Positions 46,302-58,765 of a stretch of DNA of 64,000 nt are shown here, piece by piece (positions within the stretch are counted from its first letter, which is position 1; every line of letters begins with the position of its first letter). Location of the stretch: the NCBI RefSeq assembly GCF_036321535.1, contig NC_087453.1, positions 44,330,001 to 44,394,000 on the forward strand, given 5' to 3'. The DNA comes from Camelus dromedarius. Its lineage: Eukaryota. The position numbers and the translations under genes are program-made. The notes beneath the pieces were generated by a model. The model searched no databases. It saw only the letters and a program-made list of their open reading frames with translations, and was not told the origin of the DNA.

Positions 46302-48182
46302 GGGTGGGGGCGTCTTGTTTCCCCCTTCCACTGCCAAGGGTCCTGATTTTCAGCGCGGAAGCTTAACTTCTTCAAAGGCAAAGCAGTCATCACGGCCCCT
46401 CGTGAACAGTCACGCCTCCTGTGAGTTCGTCTTCATCTAATTGTCCCTACGTTATCCCAGCCTTCTGGAAGTGGAAGTTACTCGGACTATTTTAAGAGCA
46501 AATTTACATACCGCAAGCTCATGGCACACACTTAAGGTGATAATTATCTCCAACGTGAATTACTTTCATACTGAAAGGAGACCCCTGGAGGTTTTCCTTT
46601 TCCTGTAGTTCCTTCATTTTAATAGGTTTTTGAGTGTGGTTGTGGGTTCCAGTCTCTCTTCGCTTCCTGCCTCCCCACCCATCCCTAATGACTTTCCTCT
46701 ATCTTCCAAAACCCATGGGAGTAATCAACTGTCCAGCTCTGGAGGGGCCCCCCTAACCACGCCCATCTTTTCATGAGACCCTGAATAATAATGAGGGGGA
46801 ATGAAAAGTGTCACAGAAAGACCTTGGGCTACCATCGAACCGACTTCATTAAAAGTTAAGGGGAAAAATGGGAACCAGCAGTGGGGCCCTGTGCTGAAGT
46901 GAACGCTCCGGCTTGCTGAGGAGTGGAGAGTGGGAGGTATTTGGGAGGGGAAAGGTCCATAGAAGAATGTTAAAGGTCACTTGCCTTGTCTCCCCCACCT
47001 CCGCCCCAGGTGTACACACTGCACCCACCACCAGGGCTGTGAATGGAGACGGTGCTCTCTCAAGTCCTGGCGTGGCTGTGACCCCAGGTCCCTGTCCTCT
47101 GAGCCCACTGGCCAGCTGGCCGTCCAGGAGAACTCCCTCCCTTCTCTGCACTGTTTATCAGAAGGAGGACACTTGCCACGTGTGTCTGCTGAGCACTTGA
47201 GGTGTGGCTAGTGCCCCTGACTAGCTACGCTTTGGCTTTTATTTAATTCTGTTTAGTTCCCTTTTCAGTGGCCGCGTGGGGTGGGTGGTGGCCACGCGGG
47301 GCCGTGCAGAGCTGGAGGGAAGACGGCGCCGGTGCCCGCGCAGTGCAGGTCTCCCTCAGCCGCCAGGTCATTCCTCTGGACGGTGGCCCCAAAGAGCAGC
47401 CTGGCTCCCCAAAGAGGAGTTCCCCCCGATTTATTAAGTCTGGAAGCTGAGAAAGGAAAAGCCATGATTCTGCAAAGAAATTGAGATAATTGAGGCTTGA
47501 AATTTTCACTGAGGTGAAACAGAACCTTCCTTCATTATTAAATAGACTTGGAATGAAAGCAGACACTAAATGGAAAGGCCTCTTTTTTTTTTTTAACCCT
47601 TCTTCATCCACTGGGGACCATTTGTAAAAACTCTTGGGGTATCCAAGGGCTGTTTGTCTCTTTTTGGGGGTTGCCTAGGAAAAGTTTTCGGTGGAACAAA
47701 CAGTTGTCTGATTAGATGCCCAGGTCCTCAGACTGGCTGGCCTGCCTCACTTCTGTTTTACCCCCTGCTCAGCCACGCCTCACCTGGGAAGAGGGGAGAA
47801 GGCAGGAGTGAGAACCAGCTGACTCTGCCTTTGTGGGCCGCGATAGGGAGAGGGTCTGGTGGGAGGTGCGAGAAGCATCCCCAAGTCTGGAAGGTCCCAG
47901 GCAGCCCTGGGCCCAGTGCTGTTTGGCGTTGGTGTGTTTACGGTGTTTGAGAAAGCCGTTCTGTTTTGGATGTTCCTATAATGGACCAGCATCCATCATC
48001 CCTGGACGTCTGCTGAGTAACGGGCTCTGTGTTTCACGCTGTGAGATTCAGAAGGAGCGTTGTATTACCACGGCCCGTGGCATCCATTGTAGAGTAGGAA
48101 AGCTAAAAAAGAGACTCTTGGAAGAAATGGTGGAAAAGGTAACTATCTGAGTGTTAATTTTTTGGTAACGAATAAGAATGTA

Positions 48183-48207
48183 AGTGTGTGTGTGTGTGTA
48201 TGTGTGT
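48183..48207 (+). repeat. Short interrupted (TG)n
   Basis: Directly visible. Confidence 0.8.
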
Positions 48208-48854
48208 ACATTTAGCTAACGCATGGGTGGCATGGGTGGCAGTCAGTGGGACAAAAACATTGTTACAGGGAGAGGTTAGGTTCCTTCTGAACTGAGAACC
48301 GTCTTTGCTGGTGTCTGTACTGAGAACAGTCCAGGAAGTGGTGACGATGAATGCTGACGGACAAGGTCCATCCAGAGAGAAAAACAAGACAGAGTTAAAA
48401 GTAGCCAGCCAGGGTCCAGAGACTGTCCTGGGAGCCTGGCACCCCTGCTCGCCTGTCCCTCCCCTTTGGCCGGGGTCTCCGCCAGCGGTACTCGCAGCCT
48501 GGCTCTGGCTGCGGGCCCGCTGTGCGCCCTCTGTTCACACCATTGGCGGCTCCTCCAGCCGTGGCCGCCGCACCCCCCAGCCCTCCTCCTGAGTGCTGAG
48601 TGGGTGCCGCCCCCTGCCCTCTGCAGTTCCAGGCCCACTGCTTCGCCTCACTCCCTGGTGAAGCGGCTGTGACAGCCCCCTGGCCCCAGGACCCAACAGT
48701 GTAGCCAAAGCGTGCTTTTTTGAAAGAAGAGCGTTTAATGAAAGTTAAATCTAATTTGAAACAAACCTGGGGCCCATGGTCTCTCAGCGCCCAGGAATCG
48801 CTCAGGCCAGACGTGTCAGAGGGGCCCGGCAGCTGGCTTTGGGAGGAGCTCTCG

Positions 48855-49812
48855 CTGGCTCAAGCTGGGGCAGTTTGAAATCAAAATAGATAGTGACAGT
48901 AACAGGTTCTAATCCATAGAATAAAGCGAGAACCTGTGAGTCCACATTTGAACACATGAACGGGTGAGTGAATGAATGAATGAGTTGGAAATAACTCTCC
49001 TTTGAGTAGGACGAATTCGCAAAGTCACCATCTGGCCACCATCACAGGCGTTTCAAGCAAGAACTGTCAGCAATGCTGTAGCTAGGGGCTAAGTGCCTGA
49101 TACACAGGACGCTGACACAGTCTCGAACAATATTCCCTTGGGGTACTCATTAACGGCAAAGAAAAAACCGGTAACCTGACAGCGGTGGCCTGGCTGGCCC
49201 TGCCCTGGCCCAGCGCAGCGGAGGGGGGAGCTGGCAGCGAGCCTCCTGCTGGGACGCCCTGGGAAGGACACACAGCACTTCTAGAGTAGTCTTGTCCAGA
49301 GGCATCGTCAGGCAAACCCAAACTCAGGGGCATTCTACAAAATCTGCCCGGCAAGGGCGTGAACGCGAAACGGCAGAGCAGCCGTCCCAGCTTGCCAGGA
49401 GACTGAGGAAGTGGGACAGGTACGTGCAGTGTGTGCTTCTTGATTGAGTCCCAGGCAGAAAGGCTTCCTCTTCCTGTGAGACATGAGTGAGACGCTGAGC
49501 AAAATGAATAAGGTCTGTAGATTCAGTAATAGTATTGTTAGCATTGTTAATTTCCATGTTTTGACAACTTTGCGGTACTCGTAGAAGTGAATGTCCTTGT
49601 TTTTAGGAAGCACACTGTACAACGTAGGTGTAGAGGGCAAGGTGCCTGCATTCGACTGCAAAGGGGTCAAGGGGACTGCCTGTGGTGACAGTGCTCTGTC
49701 CCTTCATTGAATTGTGGGTCACCAGGTGTCTACGTGTGTTGACAGGGACTGAACTGTACACTGAACACCTGTGCATTTTCCCACGTGTAAGTTGTGCCTC
49801 GCTGAAAATTAA
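48855..49812 (+). mobile_element. L1MC-type 3'UTR
   Basis: Same family as 12420-13860: ggggcagtttgaaatcaaaatag, caggcaaacccaaactcaggggcattctacaaaat, gaataaggtctgtagattcagtaatagtattg, gaatgtccttgtttttaggaa. Confidence 0.75.
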
Positions 49813-50742
49813 ATCAGAGAAAATGAAACACTTTTTTTAAAAGGCAATTCCAAAATCGTTTAGTGGGTAAAGCCGTTGAGGTGAGTGTAAATCTTTCCAA
49901 AGTGGCTACGTTGAAATTCCAGAGTTGTCCCTGATCCAAGCATAATTCTTAAAATTATTCACTATTTCATGGTCATCTGTAATTTCTCGTCTTAGCATTT
50001 AGCTTCATGTGGTGCACAGTGAATATTCTCCAGCTGTTCGATGATGCTGTCTTGGGCGCTTCATCCTGTTTGAGACCTGGCGGACAGGAGAGATGTATGT
50101 TTCCAGGGGAGGAGCAGAAAGCCACCCCCAGGGCAGAACTTTCCAGGCACTGACAACCTCAGTGGAAACACCTTCCGCCCTAGGAGATGCCCCTGCCCCT
50201 ACCAGGCCAGCTGCAGGGTGGTGAGCCTGTGGTTTGGAGCCTGACAGTCTACTTATTGCAGTTTCCTTTTAAGGGACCCCAGCCAGCTCCCTGCCTTGAT
50301 TGCGAAGGTTGGAGAGTGTATTTGTTGCTTTTTAAGTCACCCTCCTGTGCCAGGAAGCTTCAGGATGTTGTTGTAATCCTTCCACCTCCAAATCAGATGG
50401 AGTAAAAATTTCATGCCAGCCTCGCCCAGCAGGAGGACGGGGAGAGTGAACGTGGAATCGGGCTCTGAGCCAAGAGCAGGGCTCGGGTTGGGGGAGCAAA
50501 GTCGGGGTCTCACCTGCACAGCATCTCATGTCAGACAGGAACCAGCTCCCACATCCAGACAGCACTTGGCCACCAGGAGCCTGGCAGGGGGCCCTGTCCT
50601 CGTCCATCACATGCTTGGGTTGCCTGGGCAGCATTTCGACACTTATTGTGGATAAAGACACAGTAAAGATTAGAGATACCTAATGACTACAACCGGGGCT
50701 TTCTTCCCTCTTTCCCAGGCTCTGGCTGGTACACCATAGGCC

Positions 50743-50970
50743 TGTCTTGGTGTGGGTTCCCAGCAGCAGACCTGAGCGAGGACTTGAGTGTGAGTCCTCA
50801 ATTTGGGAGGGGACCCAGGGAAGGGAAGGAAGCCATGGTGGTGACTCACCTGCTGGGGGATTCTGGAAGGTGGTGGAGAGCCTGCACTCAGCAGGTTCTC
50901 ACCCCTGAGGGTGGGAGCTGGGGTACATATACGCCAGCTCCCACTAGTCGTTGGTTGAGGGCTGCAGGGA
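50743..50970 (-). mobile_element. LTR16-like LTR fragment
   Basis: tgtcttggtgtgggttcccagcagcagacctgagcgaggacttgagtg..gggagctggggtacatatacgccagctccc..gttggttgagggctg. Confidence 0.65.
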
Positions 50971-52110
50971 GGAGAGTGTGTTCATTCCTGGTGTGTCACT
51001 ACAGCCATCACATATTTCGGCACAGGGATGTTGATGGAGGTCATGGAAGTTGAGCAGGCGGGGATGGAAATGTTAAGACTGAGGAGGTGTGGGGAGGGCA
51101 CCACTGTGTCTGCCGGGCTGCCTTTCAAGGGCCAGACTGACTGGAACGGACTCGGAGAGTTTTGAAAGGAAAAGAGCATTATGGACGGGGCTCTGAGCCA
51201 GATCTTGGAATCGGATCACTCCTCCCTGGCTGCCAGTGGCTGGACAGTGGCTTAGAAAGGTGGTGGGAGGAGAGAGGGACAGGAGTCTCCAGTCAGTTCC
51301 TTTAAGGGGCCTAGGCCTTCTGGGCACCTGCCATTGGCAATCACCCCCCTCAGCCCCCAAAGTGTGAGGCAGGCATCCTGATGACATCCCCTCCACACAG
51401 ACAAAAGCTTCACCCTGCTTTTGAGTGATCGATTTCCCTACCCTCACGGGTGGGACCCTAGACCCAGTTCTCACCCCACGTCTGGAACCCCAGCCACGTG
51501 ACACTGAGCCAAGTCCGTGACTCTGCATCTGAAATCCCTCCTGTGCTGCAGTTGTATTTGCTTGGCATCTCCTACTTCAGGGAAGAGGCAGAGATTGAGG
51601 GCAGGCAGGAGAGGGAATAGACGACGACTGTAAAAGGACCCAGGAGAGGGCGGGTACCACGACCCACATCGTGCCCAGCCATGGCAGCCCTCTGAGGATG
51701 AGGGATGCTCTTGGAAGAAGAAGAGCAAATTGAAAACAAAAACCAAAAAAGGGCCTATATGGGAATAAAGGCTGTGGCCTCATTGCACAACCTGGGGGCA
51801 GATCTAGTGACGTTGTTTGTATGTTTGTAATGAATATGGTGAAACAAAAAAGGGAACAAATGAACAGACAGACAAACCCAGACTTCCACCCCTGAGAAGC
51901 TTCCTGTCTGTTTACCAGCAGTGGGTTCTCCTGGAACGGGAAAACCGGTGCTCCTTTGTCTGAGCCCCGCTGGCCTCCTGCTGTAAAAGCATCTCTTAGA
52001 CCCCGAAGGACAGACCCCAGGGAGAGACAGTGGAGGCAAGGCTTTTGCGCTGCGAGCTCACCACCATTGAGCAGAGGATTCAGGAACAACCAGCAAATTC
52101 CTGCCTTTCC

Positions 52111-52662
52111 AGATCAAAACTGCAATGAGATGTCACCTCACACCAGCCAGAATGGCCATAACTAGAAAGTCTACAAATGATAGATGCCAGAGAAGGTGTG
52201 GAGAAAGGGGAGCCCTCCTACACTGTTGGTGGGAATGTAAATTGGTGCAGCCACTATGGAAAACAGTATGAAGGTTCCTTAAACTAAAAATAGACTTACC
52301 ATGTGATCTAGCAATCCCACTCCTGGGCATGTTCCTGGAGAAAAATAAAATTCAATAAGACACATGCACCCCAATGTTCACAGCAGCACTATTTACAACA
52401 GCCAAGACATGGAAACAGCCTAAATGTCCATCAACAGATGACTGGATGAAGAAGATGTGGGGGATGATATACATACATACACACACAATGGAATACTACT
52501 CAGCCATAAAAAAGAATGAAATAATGCCATTTGCAGCAACAAGGAATGGCCCTGGGGATCATCATTCTAAGTGAAATGGGCCAGAAAGAGAAAGAAAATG
52601 CCCTGTAATATCAGTTATGTGTAGAATCTAAAACAAAAAAAGGACACAAGTGAACTACTTAT
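52111..52662 (+). mobile_element. Artiodactyl-type L1 fragment (ORF2 end plus proximal 3'UTR) lacking its normal 3' end
   Basis: atcaaaactgcaatgagatgtcacctcacaccagccagaatggcc..MFTAALFTTAKTWKQPKCPSTDDW..gaatctaaaacaaaaaaaggacacaagtgaact; homology then stops. Confidence 0.9.
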
Positions 52663-52980
52663 TATTTATAACTTAGATGATTGATTTCTTGAACATGTGT
52701 GAGCACATGTGACTGCCCTTTATGATTGGATTACCGCCTTCTGCTGATTCTTATTTTGTAGTTGGCTTTATTCCTTTGATAACTATGTAAGTTTAAAAAG
52801 CCAAAGCTCTAATCTGTTCTTAGAAACAATAATTAGTACCTATATGTAAACTAAAAAATGTGCAGTACGCTGTGTGTATGCATTTACATGCGATATAATG
52901 TGTATGTGCAGTCGAACTGTAATAATTCTACCTAATAAAACTGACAAAGGGGGAAAAAAGCATGGATCTGGGGGGGGGGG
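52663..52980 (+). other. Unknown AT-rich 3'UTR-like segment co-inserted with the L1 fragment
   Basis: No match to the L1 3'UTRs elsewhere in the window; AATAAA at 52934-52939; the whole unit is flanked by a 13/16 direct repeat (52095-52110 and 52981-52996). Confidence 0.55.
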
Positions 52981-55430
52981 AAGTTTCTGCCTTTCTCTAG
53001 GACAGCCAGAATCACGGATTTAATCAGGTGGCATCAGAGGGCAAATATTTGGACCTGCCTGTGGAAAGTTCTTCTGCTCCACCATTTCCGGTGGTGGCCC
53101 CGGGGCTGGTTGGGACCACAAGGGAAATGAATTACACAGAGAGGACACATGCCTGACTTAGTTCCCCAAAAAAGAAAGCAGGGTGGGGGGGTGGGTGAGA
53201 GTGAGAGAGAGAGACCCTTCAGCTTTGTGATTTTTTTGTTGCTTTGCACTAAAGGGAGCTCTTGGCACTTGGCTCGTCGGGAGCCTACGATGGGCTCCCT
53301 GCCCGTGTCCCACTTTGTCTTTTCAAACGGATGCTGTTTGGTCTGGTTTTTGTTTGCTGCTGGTGTTTAGTTCCTGAGAGAGGATCTGGCTTAGACAAGC
53401 GAATTTCTCCCTCAGCAAACCCCAAAGGGAATCGAGCCAGAAGCAGAGGCCTCACATGGGGGCCCCTCTGGGTCCTGCCAGCATCAGCCCCACCATCACC
53501 TCCTCTGCAGAGGCCGGGCTGGGGCTGGGCGGGGCTCTTCCTGAACCTGGCTGGGCGGTTGGGTGGGCAGCTGGTGGTCTGGAAGGAGCAGGGCACTCTC
53601 TCAGTTTATGGCATCAGAAGTTCAGAAAACTAGAGGGGAATGGAGCTCAGAGGAAGAGGAAGGCCAGACTCCGGCTCCTCAGAGAAGGGGCCAGGCCCTG
53701 GAGGGAACTCGGGCTCATGACCCTCATCTCCAGTTCACCATGTGACTAGAGAAATCTGGCCCTTGTTTCCTCACTGGAAGAACAAGAGCATGGTGCAGTG
53801 TGACCTCTAAGCCCCAAAAGGGGAACCAGGGGGAAGAGAGACAAAAGCTGGGGGCACAGGCAGAGGGCCTGGGCTGGGTGTGCTGGCCGCCTGGAGCGGG
53901 GCACTTACTGCACAGAACCCCGGTGGGTCTCCCTTGCATCTTCCCTGGGTCCTGGACGCATCTCACAGGGCCCTGGGGAGACCACCACTGATGCCATGAG
54001 GACTTCTCAGCCCACTTGCCTCCACGGGGTTGTCCTCCTGTGCTTCGTGGAGTATGTGAAGCTAGTAAACTCAGACTGCCTTCTGGGCTCTCAGATCTAT
54101 TGGAAAGTTTGAGGACAGAGAATAGAATGACTTCTTAGGCTAAAGCAAACATGGGTAAATTACACTTGTGTAAAATGTACTTGAATTTTAAAGATGATGC
54201 TTTAACAATAATGATGATTCCATGCCTGCCTTTAAACTGCTGTTCGGCAGGAGCCCGGCCCCTGGTCTACCTGTTCTTCAGCCCTCTGGTCAGGGGCACC
54301 TGGGTGGAACGTGAGAGACGGCCCCTTTCTCCGGGTCCTGGGCATCAGAACAGCCCACAGGCACCCAAGCACTTGGCACTGCAGCCCATCCCCAGTGCGG
54401 TGCCTTTTCTGTGTCATTTGTGTCTCGGATGGTAGTTCCTGATTCTTGAGGGACATTCCCTGTGTGGAAGGTCTGATTATAACCACCTTGAATTCTGATA
54501 CAGATTTTGCACAGATTTGAGGACACTTGGGGTCCCCTTTATGCCCACCCAAGAGACCCCTATTTTGTGCTCCTAGGTTAAGAAGACTCTGTCTGGAGGG
54601 ATGTGGGTGAGGGGGGAGACTGGGTGGAGGAAGGGCTTTAGCTGCAGCTGGGTATCTGGTGTGACGTGGGTGGGCTTCTGGATTTGGAGACAGTGTGAGC
54701 CTCTTGGAGGTGTGAGGGTGGGATGGGCAGGGAGGAGTGTGTGTCTGTGTGCGGCAACCAGATCCCAGTTAGGGTTAATCGCAGCTTCTTTCAGGCTCTT
54801 CTTGAATGGGCCGAATACTTGGCTTAAGTTGTGAGGACTCCTTATCTACGTGCTTGTTACCTAGCTACGTTCAGCGTTCACACCATCCTTTCCTAGGGTA
54901 GCGTGGGTGCTTGGATGCTGAAATGTCTTTGCTCAAGGACCTGATTACAAGGGGCTTCTGACCGGGGACATGGAGAGTGATGGTTTACCCCGTGGAGGGC
55001 AAAGCAGGAGGCCCAATCATGCTTCAAATTTAGGAATGTCACCTAGTTTCTCTGCTCCCCTGACCCCAGAACATCACTCAGATGTCATCCTGGGGTGGGC
55101 TGACAGGAAGCAGGGTGGGCTGCTGACCCTTCTGCTACTCAAGTTGCCTTTTCTTTCCAGTTTTCACCAGTAACCCTAACTTTGTTAAAATAAGGAGGCA
55201 TTTCCTCTGAGCCGGGATGCCAGAGGGGCAGACTGGATTCATGCTCCTGAAAATTAGGCAGAGTGCCTGCTCCCCTGCACATTCAGACATGCGGGGTCCT
55301 GGATTTTTGAATGAGCCTCCCCTGGATGCTCAGTGTTGGATGTGGGGCAACAAAGCCTGCCCCCTTTCCTGCCTCTTCCAGAGCCCTGGGCACATGGTGG
55401 GCTCCCAGCCACCCCTGCAGACTTGGGAGA

Positions 55431-55595
55431 GCTAATGACTTGGCAGGGCTTATGATTTGCACAGCTCTTCACAGGCATCATCTGACTTAATTGTCACCAT
55501 GAGTGTGGGGGTGGGCATGATGGTTTTCCAGATGGGGAGCATAGGTGTGGGTCAGGGAAGTTCAGGAATATGTTTCGAGTTCCAGCTCTGAGCAG
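55431..55595 (-). mobile_element. MIR fragment
   Basis: gcacagctcttcacaggcatcatctgacttaattgtcacca..ttttccagatgggga. Confidence 0.5.
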
Positions 55596-55679
55596 CAGCA
55601 GGACACGGAGGGATTCAGAGACTGTCTTGGCCCCACCCATCTCCCTTCCCCACACCTATCTGGGCACCTGCAGTCTTTG

Positions 55680-56015
55680 CCTGAGGCTCTCCTTGGCCGC
55701 CTGAGTGTGCTTTGCCTGCCTCTGTGGTAGCCCAGAAGTCAGAGGAATGACTGCTTCCAGGGCAGCCGATAGCCTCTGACAGGTGGGAGATGGTGTACAA
55801 GTACCCCAGCTCCCTCACCCCGGGTCTACGCGTTTTCCCAGAACTCTCTTGGCGCTGGGCTTAGGCGCCATTTACCCTCAGGGACAACTGGCTTAACAAC
55901 ACATGCTTCAGTCTTCCCTTCCTGGGGTCACTTCCCCCTCTCCTGCTGGCACAAACCCACCTCACAAATTAGTCACTTCCACCCGAATCCTTGTGTTGGA
56001 GTCTGCTTCTAAGAC
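55680..56015 (+). mobile_element. LTR16-like LTR
   Basis: gatggtgtacaagtaccccagctccctcacccc..ggtcacttccccctctcc..cccgaatccttgtgttggagtctgcttctaagac. Confidence 0.65.
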
Positions 56016-56839
56016 TTGGATTCTTGGGCCCCAAATCCTGGCTTTTCCCACCCAAGCAGCAAGGCCCCCCCCATTTCCTTCTGGGTGTAAAGTCTTACCA
56101 CACTCCTCAGAGGGAAGTCAAGCTGCCTTCCCAGGCTGAGAACAGCCCGTCTTAATAATCCTGTGGTGTGTGGCATGCAGTTAACGCGGCTGGATTTTCT
56201 TTCTTTTAATCTGAAGAAAAAGGAAACTGACTTTCTTGCCATGTGCCTCACCCACCTCCCAGACCAGCACTGCTTCTTACCCATAAGGGGAAGTTGGGGA
56301 GGGCAGAGACCCCGGAGGAGGCCCCGCTGCCGGAGCTTCTGGCCTTGGAAGGCAGGTTGGGCCAGAGAGGTTGCAGCGTTTATCAGGTGGCCGCATCTGC
56401 TCTGCACGTGGCCTCACGGCATGTGATGCGGGAAGCCCCCTATGGGACTCGGCAGCAGAGGTCGTAAATCATGGGACGTGTGCTGCAGCCACCTCGGCCC
56501 TGTGGCCTGGAAATGGAGCCATCTGTCAAACCAGGAGGCCCCGCTGCCGGCCCTCACTCCCCTGGGCTGTGTCTTGGCAAAGAGAGGGGGCCCTCCTGAG
56601 GCTCCTGAAGTGGGGCTGGGCCTCTGCACCTCCTTTGAACACCCCTGAAAATCAGAGAAGCTGAGAAAAGCCTGTGAAAGTTTCCTAAGGTTTTTTTTTT
56701 TCCCCTACATTTGGCAAAGATGAACTAGGATTTGCCCAGGGAGCGGGGAGGGACATTTTAAGTAGAGCAATGTCTCCAAAATGCTTAGGCCTGATCAGAA
56801 GCTTCTCTTGTGTGTCCTGAAAGAGAGTGAGATCAAGAG

Positions 56840-57790
56840 AGGGAGCTGAGGACGGCCTGGCTGTCTTATTTAACACTGATGGGTAAAGTGGGATCGCTCC
56901 ATCCCAAGGCAAGACGCGTGTGTGCGCGCGTGTGAAAATGCAAAACTGGAAGAAAACATACGAGAGTGAAGGTGAGGAGACAGCGTGAAACACCTTGTCT
57001 GCCCCAGCTTCTGTTTTCTGTGATGTAATTTTGTTTCTCACTGTGTTTGTTATTCATAAATGCCAGTGTGGGAAACAGCGTTTGAGGGGCGAGGTACCAT
57101 ATCCAACAAGAAACCAGAAAGGAAAAGGGGACACGGAGGACTGTCTGTCCAAGAGCGCTTCCTGCGGGTTTCCGGGTGAGCGGCCGTGCCGGCAAGGCGA
57201 GGGAGGGGGCGCGGTGGAGCAGGCGTGCGCGCTGAGCCCCCGCTCTGTCTGCGCATCCTCAGCGCGGGTAGTTGTGCGTCTGCTCTTGTTCCAGCCTTGC
57301 CGGGAGGCTGGCCCCCATCGTTATTACACTCTCCGCCAGGAACAAGCCGAGGGAAAGAGTATTCCCAGAACCAGAGCCTTCCAGGTTTCCTGAAAGATCG
57401 TTGCCTCTTTTTCCTGGTCGCTCCGGGTGCAGCAGAGATGCTTGGAGGTCCACCCTGGCCCTTTAAGCACAGCTTCTAGCTGACTCGACTTCTTTGAGAG
57501 TAAACTTCCCTCCTGGTCCAGTCGTATTCATGGCTGACTTGGCCATGAGACAGAGGCCCCTGTGTTCCTAATTATTTCTGGATGAAAAGTCCTGGAGGCA
57601 AGTGGAGATTCAGGGCGAGCGCGGAAGGCCAGGTGGAGCAGGCACCAGTGTGCAGGGGATTGGAGGAATGCAGAGATAATTAAATTAAGAGCGCCGGGTG
57701 CAGGCGTTGAAAGACAGCCGTGGGAGTTAATCACGCCGTCCGGCTTCCCAGGCCGGCAGCAGCGGAGGAAGTGCCCCGGGCCTGCCTCTC
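56840..57790. promoter_or_regulatory. Candidate enhancer cluster or CpG-rich island
   Basis: Repeat-free; alternating purine-pyrimidine tract 56914-56934; CpG-rich 57150-57310; TAAT-TAA-ATTA P3 site 57677-57687; GGAAGT 57767-57772. Confidence 0.35.
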
Positions 57791-58319
57791 ACGTGGTGGC
57801 TTGAGAGGCCTGGGGGACAGACACTCACGGCTTCTAGAGGACTTGCCAGGGCTGCCTACTTGGAATGCTGGTGAAACGGGGATTGTGTACGAGTTGGAGT
57901 GTGTGCATTTTCTCTATTTTTCCACTGAGCCAGGGTGGTCACTTGGTGTGTGGGGTGGGGAGGGGAGGCCCATTTCAGTCCACATAGAAGCTGGAGGAGG
58001 GTTATGTGGTTTCCAGGTTCGGTCCTTTTGAAAGCGTTTATCCTCTCTGATTTGAAATGAGTTGACCATAGGGGTCTGGGGCAATGTGTTCGCGTCCGGA
58101 GGATGAAGGGATAAGGCCCACAGCGGCCTGCCGCACAGCAGTCAAGGGATGTGGGCACAGAGCAGCAACAGAACCACGGCTGGACCACAGACACTGCATC
58201 TCGAGTGGATGAGCCGGACCTGAAGTCCATCCTGGCCGATTCCGTTTTGGTGAAGTTCTAGACCAGGTTAACCTGAGCTGTGGTGGTGGCCGTCAGGTCT
58301 GTGGGTGAGCAAGGGAACT

Positions 58320-58455
58320 TTGCAGGGTGACGAGAGTGTCTTATTCCTTCTTAGACTGAGGGTTACTTACATGCATGTAAACATGTTTCAGAATACATTG
58401 GATGCACACTTAAAATCTGTGCGTTTCATTGCATGTTAAGTTACTCCTCAATGAA
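58320..58455 (+). mobile_element. Old L1M 3' tail
   Basis: cacacttaaaatctgtgcgtttcattgcatgttaagttactcctcaatgaa. Confidence 0.55.
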
Positions 58456-58597
58456 AGACATGTGAAAAGAACTTCCGGGGCTGGGCCCTGACGTGTCCAT
58501 CTCGGATTTCAAGTTTGGGTCCTGCGTGACCACCCAGACTTTCCCTGTTCACTGAGTTGCTCAGAAAAGCCTGTCATTAGAAAAAAGCGATGTCGAA

Positions 58598-58765
58598 GGC
58601 GCGATGGCAAACCGCGGTCCCCGGGCCAAGTGCACTCAGCCGCGTTTATGCAAATACGGTTGTATTGGCGCCCGCCCGCCCACTTCTGCTGCAGAGAGCC
58701 CTGGTCCACGGCCTGAAACATTTACTGTCTGTCCCGTCCAGAAAAGGTCTGCGGCGACTCGGTCT
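58598..58765 (+). mobile_element. MER58A-like hAT MITE, GC-shifted
   Basis: atggcaaaccgcggtccccgggccaag..gcaaatacggttgtattgg..gcctgaaacatttactgtctgtcccgtccagaaaaggtctgc. Confidence 0.55.
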
